Made by a program: the position numbers and the translations under genes | Part shown: positions 24,514 to 32,379 of the stretch, one piece after another | Numbering within the stretch: position 1 is the first letter of the stretch | Layout of the letters: every line of letters begins with the position of its first letter | Source of the DNA: a virus | Taxonomy: Duplodnaviria; Caudoviricetes | Length of the DNA: 35,931 nucleotides | Reading direction: 5' to 3' (one strand) | IMG/VR virus record: IMGVR_UViG_3300016466_000278 | Location: 1 to 35,931 of that record | Notes under the pieces: generated by a model | Databases searched by the model: none | What the model was told of the DNA's origin: nothing | The model's input: the letters and a program-made list of their open reading frames with translations, nothing else

Positions 24514-25809
24514 TTATGCAACTCCAAGCGCTGGCATATCCAGCTTGGCGGCAGACGATGTCGGCTCTTGATAATCCACGCACATGAGGCCGAAACTGTC
24601 TGCGTCGTGTGAGGACCAGTCGTGCGACGGGCCAAGGCCGATCCCACGCTTCTCGTCCCTCAGCTCGTGATACCAGCCCAGCGCCTTGCGGCCCGCAGCC
24701 GTCAGATCCTCGTCAAAGTAGATCCGTGGGAACAGCCGTTTTGCAGCCTCAATCCGCATCTTGGCGGCGCCCGTCCCCTGATTGGGAACAACCCGCACGC
24801 TGAACCCAGCCTCGCGCCAATGGTCCTCATAACGCTTGCCGGTCAGATTGTTGGCGTTGACCCCGTCATGCGGCAGGATCACCTCAGCCTTCTGGTAACC
24901 AGACTCCCGCATCCACTGGACGTGATAGCCAAGCGATTGCCCCTGGCTTGTGTAATGGTCCAGTACGCGGATCTCCCTGTCCACAAACTGGCAAATCCAG
25001 ATCGAATAGGCGTCAGCCTTCGCTCCTGCGCCGCCTATGTCGTGATAGCTGCGAAGCGCCATCAGGGGGTCAGCAGACAGGCGGCATATCCGCCCTTTCT
25101 TCTTGGCTTCAGCGAGGGCTGTAGCGAAGTATGCCCCTGCCTGAGCTACAATGTAGGCGCCCTCCCAGACGTGGTCGTACTGGTCCGGCCTGTTTGCGAG
25201 GTCATCCCTTCGCGTGCGATCCAGCGTTGGTGGGAACCACGGATTGTCCTTCCAGTTGACCTCCACCACCATCATGTCTGCAGCCTTGGACTTCCGGAAA
25301 CGCCTGTCCGTTGCGCTTCCGTCCACCTCAGGGTTCCAGCAGACCCACAGTTCAGACCCCTCCTCACGAATTGTCGGTATCAGCTTGATCCATGCCGGCT
25401 CGCTGATCGGCTCAGCCTCATCCGCCCAGCAAAGCAGGATCCTCGCCTTGCTCTTGATGCTGTCGAGGTTCTTGGAAAGACCGACGAACTTGAACTCTAT
25501 CCTGCCTGACTTGGTCCTGACGTAGGTGGCGCCGACGTCAAATATGCCGGTCAGCCAGGGATCGCTGGAAATCGCCGCCTTGATCTCCGCAAGGGAGCTG
25601 TCGTCAAGCGAGTTCATAAATTCACGGACGCAGAGGACAATCCCTTCCCGCCCCTCGGCATCCCACATGGCCACCCTGACGCAGGCCATCTTAGCGAAGC
25701 TGCGGGTCTTGGCGCTTCCCCTGCCCCCATATGCCCCACGGATGAACATATTGGGCGCAGCGAAGACCGGGATCAGCTTTGGCGGCAGCTCAATCTGGTG
25801 CGCGCTCAT
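24514..25809 (-). CDS. terL: Terminase large subunit (PBSX/Terminase_3-like)
   Basis: Walker A YGGRGSAKT, Walker B CWADEAE, WNP coupling motif, and nuclease motifs HDIG and HDWSSHDADSFG. Confidence 0.95.
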   Translation of the reverse strand: MSAHQIELPPKLIPVFAAPNMFIRGAYGGRGSAKTRSFAKMACVRVAMWDAEGREGIVLCVREFMNSLDDSSLAEIKAAISSDPWLTGIFDVGATYVRTKSGRIEFKFVGLSKNLDSIKSKARILLCWADEAEPISEPAWIKLIPTIREEGSELWVCWNPEVDGSATDRRFRKSKAADMMVVEVNWKDNPWFPPTLDRTRRDDLANRPDQYDHVWEGAYIVAQAGAYFATALAEAKKKGRICRLSADPLMALRSYHDIGGAGAKADAYSIWICQFVDREIRVLDHYTSQGQSLGYHVQWMRESGYQKAEVILPHDGVNANNLTGKRYEDHWREAGFSVRVVPNQGTGAAKMRIEAAKRLFPRIYFDEDLTAAGRKALGWYHELRDEKRGIGLGPSHDWSSHDADSFGLMCVDYQEPTSSAAKLDMPALGVA

Positions 25810-26096
25810 TTGATCTGAGGAGCAACCAGTTCAATCCTGTGAACCACTTTTACCGGGTTATCAGGATCCATTGCGACCTGCATCGGCAGGACCTTGCCAA
25901 GTAAGGCCATGAACGGTCCAGGGTTCTCTTTTGCCTGCGCCTGCAGGTACGACACCATGCCTTCCCTGCCGTACTCTGCACCCGCCTGTTCAGCGGCTTT
26001 CAGAATGGCGTCTTTCAAGAAGGCTGTCGTCTTGTTCGGGACGCCTTTAGGACGTCCCTTGCCGGCGTTTGGCGGCTTAGGATTGTAATTGACCAC
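25806..26096 (-). CDS. Putative terminase small subunit
   Basis: GKGRPKGVPNKTT...LKDAILKAA...FMALLGKVLP, immediately upstream of and overlapping terL. Confidence 0.7.
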   Translation of the reverse strand: MVNYNPKPPNAGKGRPKGVPNKTTAFLKDAILKAAEQAGAEYGREGMVSYLQAQAKENPGPFMALLGKVLPMQVAMDPDNPVKVVHRIELVAPQIK

Positions 26097-26144
26097 TAGT
26101 TTGCTGCGCGAGGGGTTTCCCGTGTTCGCGCCCTCTTCTGGAGT

Positions 26145-26399
26145 TTACTTCTTTCTCGATTTCGTTCCGGAGCATTTCCATGCATCGCGGGACAGTCGGA
26201 GCGGGCTGTTAGGATTAGCCGCAGCTGCGGGGAAGTCTTTCATCTGTCCTGCCGATCGGGCGCAGTAAGCATCGCCCTTCGACGTTCCGGGGCGGACGCG
26301 GGGTCCGCCGTCAGAAGCCTTGCCGGCCTGACCGTAAGAGACGCGCTTGCCGGATGACGTGACCTTCACCCTCGCCTTGCCTTTCGCGGGCGTGGCCAT
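26145..26399 (-). CDS. Small basic conserved phage protein (DUF6321-like)
   Basis: Likely ATG at 26399. VSYGQAG...YCARSAGQMK...NPNSPLRLSRDAWKC motif. Confidence 0.75.
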   Translation of the reverse strand: MATPAKGKARVKVTSSGKRVSYGQAGKASDGGPRVRPGTSKGDAYCARSAGQMKDFPAAAANPNSPLRLSRDAWKCSGTKSRKK

Positions 26400-26400
26400 G

Positions 26401-26562
26401 TCAGCGTCCCTTCTTGCCTGCTTTAGCTGTCTTGGCAGCCGCCCTAAAAGCTTTGGCTGTTGGCGCTCCCGCCGTGCCGGGCTTCCGCATTGTTTCGCCT
26501 GACCCTGCGGCGATGCGGGCGCGCTTGGCGTGAATGTTTCCGTACAGACTTTGCTTTGCCAT
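26401..26562 (-). CDS. Small basic protein (53 aa), not in the ORF track
   Basis: MAKQSLYGNIHAKRARIAAGSGETMRKPGTAGAPTAKAFRAAAKTAKAGKKGR with an AAGGA SD. The LY.NIHAKR...MRKPG..GAPT motif is one I recognise from other phages. Confidence 0.8.
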   Translation of the reverse strand: MAKQSLYGNIHAKRARIAAGSGETMRKPGTAGAPTAKAFRAAAKTAKAGKKGR

Positions 26563-26574
26563 AGGGTATTCCTT

Positions 26575-26778
26575 TCAGGCTGTGCCTTCGGCTGTGATGT
26601 TGGCGAGCCATTGGGCTTCCAACGCCTGCCGGTAGGCATGGGCTTGAGCGTTAAGAAGCACGCTCTCTCTGACTATAATAGCGGCCAACTTTGCGGGGGT
26701 GATTCCGAAGTCCTCCGCAAAGTCTGTGAGGGTGTCGAGGATGTCCTCAGGCAGCGTCAGCGTGATGCGTCTGGTCAT
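26575..26778 (-). CDS. Ribbon-helix-helix (CopG/Arc-like) DNA-binding protein
   Basis: MTRRITLTLPEDILDTLTDFAEDFGITPAKLAAIIVRE: a beta strand followed by two helices. Confidence 0.65.
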   Translation of the reverse strand: MTRRITLTLPEDILDTLTDFAEDFGITPAKLAAIIVRESVLLNAQAHAYRQALEAQWLANITAEGTA

Positions 26779-26911
26779 ACCTGACCCTTTCAGCAAGCTC
26801 CTGGATTTCGACCGCGACCTCAGTCAGCTTGCGGATGAGGGCAAGCTTCGCGACGGAGAGGAGTTCGTCGGCGATGAGGGCGCGGTCGATAGCGTCCGTG
26901 TCCTCGTTCAT
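26747..26911 (-). CDS. Small hypothetical protein (54 aa), not in the ORF track
   Basis: MNEDTDAIDRALIADELLSVAKLALIRKLTEVAVEIQELAERVRYDQTHHADAA; TAATG coupling to the upstream gene. Confidence 0.55.
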   Translation of the reverse strand: MNEDTDAIDRALIADELLSVAKLALIRKLTEVAVEIQELAERVRYDQTHHADAA

Positions 26912-27372
26912 TAGGACACAGCAGCCGAGAAGGGCGTTGCTTCTGAGCCCGTGGCGACGACCGTACCCCAGACCGCGTAGAAGCCGGCTCTGACGTCCTG
27001 AACAAAGAAACGCTCGCCAACCTTGACGGATCCTGTCGTCGTCCGGTTCAGCGTAATGGTGTCGCTGGCCGCAACCGTGCCAAAGCTGGTGACAGTGCCG
27101 TCGGCATTGTCCACGACCTGAAGGGCGCCGGTCATGACGTCGGTTGCGTTACCGACCTGCACCTTATGGCTGTTGCTCGTGGCGATGACAGTGGTCACGA
27201 AGCCGTAGATGTTGCCCGATCCGGTGGCAGCGGGGAGCGTGATGGTTGTCCCAGCCGCCGTGTCGAGCTGGACGAGCTTGCCGGCGTCGTCGGCGTTCAG
27301 CGTGCGGGCCGAGCCGCCAGCCGTGAAGACGTCATTGAAGTCCTTGCGCACAAAGGCGGATATACGGGCCAT
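26911..27372 (-). CDS. Putative capsid decoration/structural protein
   Basis: 153 aa, beta-rich T/A/G/V sequence (TITLPAATGSG...DTITLN.TTTG...GSEATPFSA) with a strong GGAGGA SD. Confidence 0.65.
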   Translation of the reverse strand: MARISAFVRKDFNDVFTAGGSARTLNADDAGKLVQLDTAAGTTITLPAATGSGNIYGFVTTVIATSNSHKVQVGNATDVMTGALQVVDNADGTVTSFGTVAASDTITLNRTTTGSVKVGERFFVQDVRAGFYAVWGTVVATGSEATPFSAAVS

Positions 27373-27416
27373 GATAGTCCTCCGTTAAAAGGGCTCAGTG
27401 GCCCGTGGGTTGAGAT

Positions 27417-27830
27417 TTAGCCGGCGCTTGTGGTGACGACGCCGGAATTGTTCCAGAGGGCTCCTGCCACAGCTGGATCGGCTGTCGGCAACTGCTGCAT
27501 GGTCAGGCCGAGCCCGGAGGCGTTTGCATTCGGGAAATAGAGCTGTCCGTCATCTGACCACGCATAGGCTTCCACCGTCCCCGACGTGCGGGTGAAGTTG
27601 AAACGGATAGGACCCGCATCCTTGATTTCCGTGACGCCGGGATTGCTCGTGTAGGCGCTTATCTCGCCTGCCGGGTTCGTGTAGGTCGCAGCCGTGCCGT
27701 CCGGCCTCCTGCGCTGAATGGCGACCGTGCCGACCCATGTTCCGGGCAGCTCCACCTTGACGGAGCCCTTGGCGAGCAGAATGAACCACGGACTGGAGCC
27801 CGTGGCTGACAGGTTAAACCGCGCGCCCAT
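27417..27830 (-). CDS. Putative head-spike base/fiber adaptor protein
   Basis: Likely ATG at 27830. A jelly-roll-like N-terminus (GTWVGTVAIQR) is followed by the fiber-type motif LPTADPAVAGALWNNSGVVTTSAG. Confidence 0.55.
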   Translation of the reverse strand: MGARFNLSATGSSPWFILLAKGSVKVELPGTWVGTVAIQRRRPDGTAATYTNPAGEISAYTSNPGVTEIKDAGPIRFNFTRTSGTVEAYAWSDDGQLYFPNANASGLGLTMQQLPTADPAVAGALWNNSGVVTTSAG

Positions 27831-27856
27831 GGCCGGTCCTTTCTTGTTTTGAGAGG

Positions 27857-28084
27857 TCAGATATTGCGTTCGGTGAACGGCTGAGGATGCGGAATGTCGT
27901 ACATCGCATTCCCCCACATTTTGCATTCGACCAGATCCACGCAGATCATGTGACCTGCATCTGCCGGGGCAAAAATAAGAACGGGGTTTAAGTTCGGGCC
28001 GTAATCTATAATCGCGTGGGCGAAACCCTCACCTCGAGGTGTCATCACATACCAGGGCGGGTTGAGCTGCTGGATCGCGATCAA
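27857..28084 (-). CDS. Conserved hypothetical protein
   Basis: QLNPP..V.TP.G.G.AHA.IDYG motif; overlaps the upstream stop codon. Confidence 0.65.
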   Translation of the reverse strand: MIAIQQLNPPWYVMTPRGEGFAHAIIDYGPNLNPVLIFAPADAGHMICVDLVECKMWGNAMYDIPHPQPFTERNI

Positions 28085-28401
28085 GCAGCAGCTTCGAACG
28101 GCAGCGGCTTGATAGCCAGTTCTGCATCAAACCACGCATCAATCTGAGCCTTAAGCGCATCTACGTTGACGGCGCTGCCAACGATAGCAACCAGATCCGC
28201 TTCAGTGAGATCCGCAAACGGAGTAAAGTTGGCCGGGTCAGGAGCGCCAAGGCCCGTGCGTCCGCCAATCTCGTAGGATTTAGCGTCCGGGGCGTCGCCG
28301 CGTGTGCCGCGAAGAAGGTAGTTTACCTCTTTCAACACATCCGTCAGGCCGTCTTCGTTGGCCACCAGTGCGTCGAAGAATTTCCAAGTCCAGACAGTCA
28401 T
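28081..28401 (-). CDS. Fiber assembly chaperone-like protein
   Basis: MT.WTW...DGLTDV...PDPANFTPFADLTE...LPF pattern, directly downstream of a fiber gene; AGGAG SD. Confidence 0.6.
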   Translation of the reverse strand: MTVWTWKFFDALVANEDGLTDVLKEVNYLLRGTRGDAPDAKSYEIGGRTGLGAPDPANFTPFADLTEADLVAIVGSAVNVDALKAQIDAWFDAELAIKPLPFEAAA

Positions 28402-28432
28402 AGGTCACTCCTAGGTTGCGATAAGTCCGAGG

Positions 28433-30469
28433 TTACGGTCCTGCGTCACGCCAAGCGCCGCCGCTATAAAAATATAGCTTATTATTAGTGGTATCTATGA
28501 CAATTGGTGCGGTGCCAGTTTGGGTTGTTGGGGTGCCTGTTGGTGTACCAGCACACGTTGGCACGTAAAGAAAACCATTAGTTGCGTTTGTTGCGATAGC
28601 AGCGGTTCCAACAACCATACCGCCCGCAGCAGGAACACTAACTCTTTTTGCTGAGTCGGTGTAAATTGAAAAAGGCGCGTTAGTGAACGAACCAAGGAAT
28701 GTATCAGCTGAATCCGCACCTAGTGTTAGCGTAGAGGCTGTGCCTGCGTTGTTGTACAGATAGAACCGTGGGTTATTGACTTGCCCAATGAATATAGCGC
28801 TTGCGTCAAACCCGCCCATCGCGGAGCCATTTCGCATGAACTGCACGTTGTGCGCTGTCCACGTTCCGATGTTTCCGGTTCCCGTAGATTGAATACCAAC
28901 TTCAGCGTTGCCGTCACGCCGAACTGTAATGCCAGTTGAAAATGATGCGCCCTGCACTCTCAGTTGTGGAGACGTGCCCGTCATGGCTACGGTGTCTGTT
29001 CCATCGCCAATTTTAATAGGCGATCCACTAAACGTCGGCGTACCCGCTACAGTCCCCGACAGCGTCGGGCTGGAGAGGGTCTTGTTGCTGAGCGTCAGCG
29101 TGTTGGCAGCAGTCGCCACCGTTGAACTATCAACTTGCAACGTTGTGTTTATGTAGTTCACTACCTGCGAGGCGTATCCGGTCCTCGTCGTTGTGCAGAC
29201 AGTAGTGGCTGCGTTTTCAGCATCGTTGACGAGTTGATCGTATCGAATGCCACCAGAAATAACAGAAGACCAGATTTTCGCATCGCTTGGGCCGTCCGTT
29301 TCCCAAAAACGAAATCCCGGTGTGCCTGACTTGATGTCGAACGCGAGTTGGTAGCCGCCGCTGTAGAAGGTGAATTGATCGTTTGCAGCGTGGGTAGCCG
29401 CCCCCGAGAACGTAGGCGTCCCGCTCACCGTCCCCGACAGCGTCGGGCTGGAGAGGGTTTTGTTGGAGAGTGTGTCTGTGGAGGAGATGGTTGGTACGGC
29501 TACGCCTTTGAAACTTACTGCCCCAGTGCTATCAACCGCAATCGGAGTGTCTTGGTAACTACTAGAACTGTTAAAACGATTTAGAAAGATACTGTCATCA
29601 TTGTCATTAAACCCCCAGTCCCAACGTTGCACTCCGTCGCTTTGCCTGAAGCGAAGTCCAGAAGTTCCTGTTGCGCTGGTTGTCTGTATTATCAGATTGT
29701 AATTTTGGAAAGTTGTGGCGCCACTAAACGTCGGGCTCCCCGATACAGTCCCCGACAGTGTCGGGCTGGATAGGGTCTTGTTGGAGAGGGTGTCTGTGCT
29801 GGAGATTGTGGGGATGGCTACGCCGTTTAAAAACGGTGCGCCGTTAGCATCAAATTGAAACCACGCCGCCGCGTTTCGATAAAATATAAGCTGGTTTGCG
29901 TCTGGTTTTCCAAGTGCCCAGTCTATACCTGAAGATCCGTTATAAAATCTGATGTAGCCGCCATCACTAACTCTAATAGGATACGTGCTTCCGCTCATTA
30001 CGAGAGCCCCGGTAAACGTCGGGCTCCCCGATACAGTCCCGCTAAGAACAGGGCTAGACAGCGTTTTGTTGGTCAGTGTATCGCTGCTGCTTATTGTCGG
30101 GACCGCCACGCCAACAGCAGTCACAGCTCCGGCTTTGCTGACCTTGAACTGGCTGACCCCGCCCACCTGAAGGTCGAGAAGCGCCGACGAGGCGTTGCTG
30201 TTAGTGTCCGTGACGTTCAGTTTCAACGCTGTTGGCGCGCCGGATGTGTTCCACGTGCCCGTCATGTCCAGGAGTGATGTGGCTTGAGAGCCCGTCAGGC
30301 TATAACCAGACATCGTCAGCGCGCTGCTGTTCTGGAGGAAGCTGATCAGGCCGCTGTTGACCGTCAGTTTCTTTGAGCTTCCGCTTTGAGCCGCACGCAG
30401 CGTGACCGCTGTGCCTGCCGATGCCTCAGTCTTGGCCGTGGTGTTAGCGAGCCATGTTTGCGTGGTCAT
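28433..30469 (-). CDS. Long fiber protein (678 aa) with repeated shaft motifs
   Basis: S/T/G-rich, with four TLSNKTLSSPTLSGTV repeats and a C-terminal ATNGFLYVPTCAGTPTGTP...DTTNNKLYFYSGGAW fiber motif. Confidence 0.85.
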   Translation of the reverse strand: MTTQTWLANTTAKTEASAGTAVTLRAAQSGSSKKLTVNSGLISFLQNSSALTMSGYSLTGSQATSLLDMTGTWNTSGAPTALKLNVTDTNSNASSALLDLQVGGVSQFKVSKAGAVTAVGVAVPTISSSDTLTNKTLSSPVLSGTVSGSPTFTGALVMSGSTYPIRVSDGGYIRFYNGSSGIDWALGKPDANQLIFYRNAAAWFQFDANGAPFLNGVAIPTISSTDTLSNKTLSSPTLSGTVSGSPTFSGATTFQNYNLIIQTTSATGTSGLRFRQSDGVQRWDWGFNDNDDSIFLNRFNSSSSYQDTPIAVDSTGAVSFKGVAVPTISSTDTLSNKTLSSPTLSGTVSGTPTFSGAATHAANDQFTFYSGGYQLAFDIKSGTPGFRFWETDGPSDAKIWSSVISGGIRYDQLVNDAENAATTVCTTTRTGYASQVVNYINTTLQVDSSTVATAANTLTLSNKTLSSPTLSGTVAGTPTFSGSPIKIGDGTDTVAMTGTSPQLRVQGASFSTGITVRRDGNAEVGIQSTGTGNIGTWTAHNVQFMRNGSAMGGFDASAIFIGQVNNPRFYLYNNAGTASTLTLGADSADTFLGSFTNAPFSIYTDSAKRVSVPAAGGMVVGTAAIATNATNGFLYVPTCAGTPTGTPTTQTGTAPIVIDTTNNKLYFYSGGAWRDAGP
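29025..30110 (-). repeat. Four dispersed ~95-bp repeats in the fiber gene
   Basis: Copies at about 29025-29120, 29400-29506, 29726-29825 and 30013-30110 encode variants of (GVAVPTISSTD)TLSNKTLSSPTLSGTVSGSPTFSG. Confidence 0.9.
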
Positions 30470-30639
30470 GCTGCATCATCCAAGAGGTATGTGGAATTGT
30501 CGTCGTCCAACAGTTCGGTGGTCGCGTCGTCGTCCGTCAGTTCAATGACCAACGTCAGTGGCGGCATGTAAGCGCCGTCACCAGAAATCCGGCTGCCAAG
30601 CAAAGGCTTCAGGCGGCTTGAGAACAGAGATCCCAGCAT
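30466..30639 (-). CDS. 57-aa acidic-motif protein, probable fiber adaptor; not in the ORF track
   Basis: MLGSLFSSRLKPLLGSRISGDGAYMPPLTLVIELTDDDATTELLDDDNSTYLLDDAA, with a GGAG SD and an ATGA overlap with the fiber start. Confidence 0.75.
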   Translation of the reverse strand: MLGSLFSSRLKPLLGSRISGDGAYMPPLTLVIELTDDDATTELLDDDNSTYLLDDAA

Positions 30640-30651
30640 GCTGATCTCCGA

Positions 30652-30897
30652 TCACTGAGCCTGAGACGCAGACGAAACGCGAATCAGCGCAGCATTCCTG
30701 GCGTCCTCAGCCTGAAGCTCAGCACGATGATCCGCAGCAGCGCGATCATGCTCAACTCTCAGCTCACGCATCGCCTGATTCAGCATCGACATACGCGCCG
30801 CAGGCTTTGCAGCCCTGAATGCTTTCGTAAAACTGAGCTTGATCTTGCCCAAACCCGGCCATGGAGCTCGTATTCTCGCATATACTGGCATCATCAT
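30652..30897 (-). CDS. Hypothetical protein
   Basis: 81 aa with a GAGGT SD upstream. Confidence 0.6.
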   Translation of the reverse strand: MMMPVYARIRAPWPGLGKIKLSFTKAFRAAKPAARMSMLNQAMRELRVEHDRAAADHRAELQAEDARNAALIRVSSASQAQ

Positions 30898-31105
30898 GAG
30901 CTAGGACCTCACGACATCTGTAACAATACTCTCGCAGATGTGATTTGTACTGGTGGCGTGTAACGTTGGGTGTAACCTTTCGGTACACCGCTCAGAGCGT
31001 ATGTTGCTGATGCGCTTCCGCGCATTTGGATGTTTGAAAATCAATCGGGGCGGGCGCGGCGCCAACCGCGTACCTCCCGCCCCTAACCAGAAAGGAACTC
31101 TGGCT

Positions 31106-31597
31106 ATGAATTACTTAACACAGGACCGCGCGCTTTGGGCAAGCAATTGCCTGCTCTGGCTCGCCGTCGCCTTCGGGTGCCTCCCGTGGTGGCTGGACGC
31201 CGTCTCTGTCGGATCCGTCGCGGAACACCCCGTAGACTGGATCGTGGCAGGGGCGCTCACAGCAGCCCTGATCTCCGTATCCCTCCTCCTTTCAGGATGC
31301 GTCACACGCTTCGCTGAGGCTCAGGAAAAGGGGTTCAGCTTCACCGCTGGGATGACCATTATCCTCGGATCAATCCTCGTCCTCATCGAGGCGGGAATGA
31401 CCCACCAGGGACTGGTCTGGCTATCCGAGCGCAAACCCCTCGCTCCCGACTGGGCCTTGTGGGTGGTGTCTTTTGGCCTGTCAGCCTTCAACGTCTTCAG
31501 CCTTCACACCTTCGCGCGGGACCTGAAGAAAAAGGACAGACCGGAAACCAGCGCCGGCAAACTCCTCGCCTTCAAACGCTGGAACAAAGTCGCCTGA
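31106..31597 (+). CDS. Antisense four-TM membrane protein (moron-like)
   Basis: ATG at 31106 with an AAAGGA SD. 163 aa with four hydrophobic segments and a basic tail. It is the only credible plus-strand gene and fills a gap in the minus-strand genes. Confidence 0.8.
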   Translation: MNYLTQDRALWASNCLLWLAVAFGCLPWWLDAVSVGSVAEHPVDWIVAGALTAALISVSLLLSGCVTRFAEAQEKGFSFTAGMTIILGSILVLIEAGMTHQGLVWLSERKPLAPDWALWVVSFGLSAFNVFSLHTFARDLKKKDRPETSAGKLLAFKRWNKVA

Positions 31598-31599
31598 GC

Positions 31600-32184
31600 T
31601 TATCGCCGCCCCTTCACCGGGGCGGCGTTTTGCGTTCTGGCCGGCATTCCTGGCGGCAACGGCTTTGCCGGCGCAGCAGGCGGGCGAGGCAGCTCCTCCA
31701 CCGGAGCGTCCAGCAGCAGCTCCTCAGCCTCCTCCTCAGGCCTGCCGATTGGCGCTCCCTCGGCCTCACGCCGGGCCTTCATACCCTGCCACAGGCGGCG
31801 CATCAGGCCGGGTGGAGCCCGATGTATCGGGATCCGCAACGGTTCGAACGCTATCCCGCCCATCCAGTTGTCTGTCTCAGGGCTGAACGAGTAGCGGATC
31901 AGGGCCTCATCCTCGATGATCCAGCACTCCGCGTAAGGCCATGTCGATCGGACCATAAAAGGTCGTAGACTGTTCGGAAACGTCTCCTGAAACACGTGAA
32001 CGATCGCCTCCTTGGCGGTCTCTTCCAGTTTCTGCTCGGCCTGCTGGCGGGTGTAGACATGCGTTTTCACGCTGGCGCAGGCATCCCGGATCGCAGTGCG
32101 AACATCGCGCGCAAACTGCTCGTCGATCGGGATGCGGCCAGCGAACTCGCGGACGTGCTGCAGGAACCCCGAAGCGCCGCTCAC
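31600..32184 (-). CDS. Hypothetical protein with a Pro-rich C-terminus
   Basis: 194 aa with a GTG start; protein-like sequence that fills the gap. Confidence 0.7.
   Translation of the reverse strand: MSGASGFLQHVREFAGRIPIDEQFARDVRTAIRDACASVKTHVYTRQQAEQKLEETAKEAIVHVFQETFPNSLRPFMVRSTWPYAECWIIEDEALIRYSFSPETDNWMGGIAFEPLRIPIHRAPPGLMRRLWQGMKARREAEGAPIGRPEEEAEELLLDAPVEELPRPPAAPAKPLPPGMPARTQNAAPVKGRR
31604..31631 (+). terminator. Rho-independent terminator for the antisense membrane gene
   Basis: CGCCGCCCC-ttcacc-GGGGCGGCG-TTTT just after the stop at 31597. Confidence 0.75.
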
Positions 32185-32283
32185 GGCTTAACCCCGCACC
32201 GCTCTGGCAATCCACGCCACCACAGGCGCGGCAATAACGAGCGCGCAGCATGTCCCAAAGACAATCATCTCGCGCTCCAGAAT

Positions 32284-32307
32284 AAAAAAAGCGGCCCCAA
32301 GGACCGC
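32284..32307 (-). terminator. Rho-independent terminator just downstream of the putative late promoter
   Basis: Minus strand GCGGTCC-TTG-GGGCCGC followed by seven T. Confidence 0.75.
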
Positions 32308-32350
32308 CAGCATCTGCGTTTCGGGCGCAGTTCCCATTACGAATTTCGGA

Positions 32351-32379
32351 AAATTAAAGGCGTTCGTGGGGCGCGTCAA
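32351..32379 (-). promoter_or_regulatory. Putative late promoter (pR'-like)
   Basis: TTGACG (32379-32374), 17-nt spacer, TAATTT (32356-32351). The -35 overlaps the stop codon of the DUF6456-like gene. Confidence 0.6.

Noticed and set aside
17051-25509. Long plus-strand ORFs (17051-18064, 18148-19587, 21976-23199, 23245-24612, 24622-25509)
   Set aside because: They lie antisense to clear structural genes in high-GC DNA, where long shadow ORFs are expected.
26100-26140. Hairpin GCGCGA...TCGCGC upstream of terS as a terminator or pac site
   Set aside because: The stem is short and imperfect with no U-tract, so no function can be supported from sequence alone.
29025-30110. Repeat-spacer pattern as a CRISPR array or DGR template/variable repeat pair
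   Set aside because: The repeats are long, degenerate, in-frame coding units with spacers of about 190-280 bp. Differences are not adenine-specific, and no cas or reverse transcriptase gene is present in the window.
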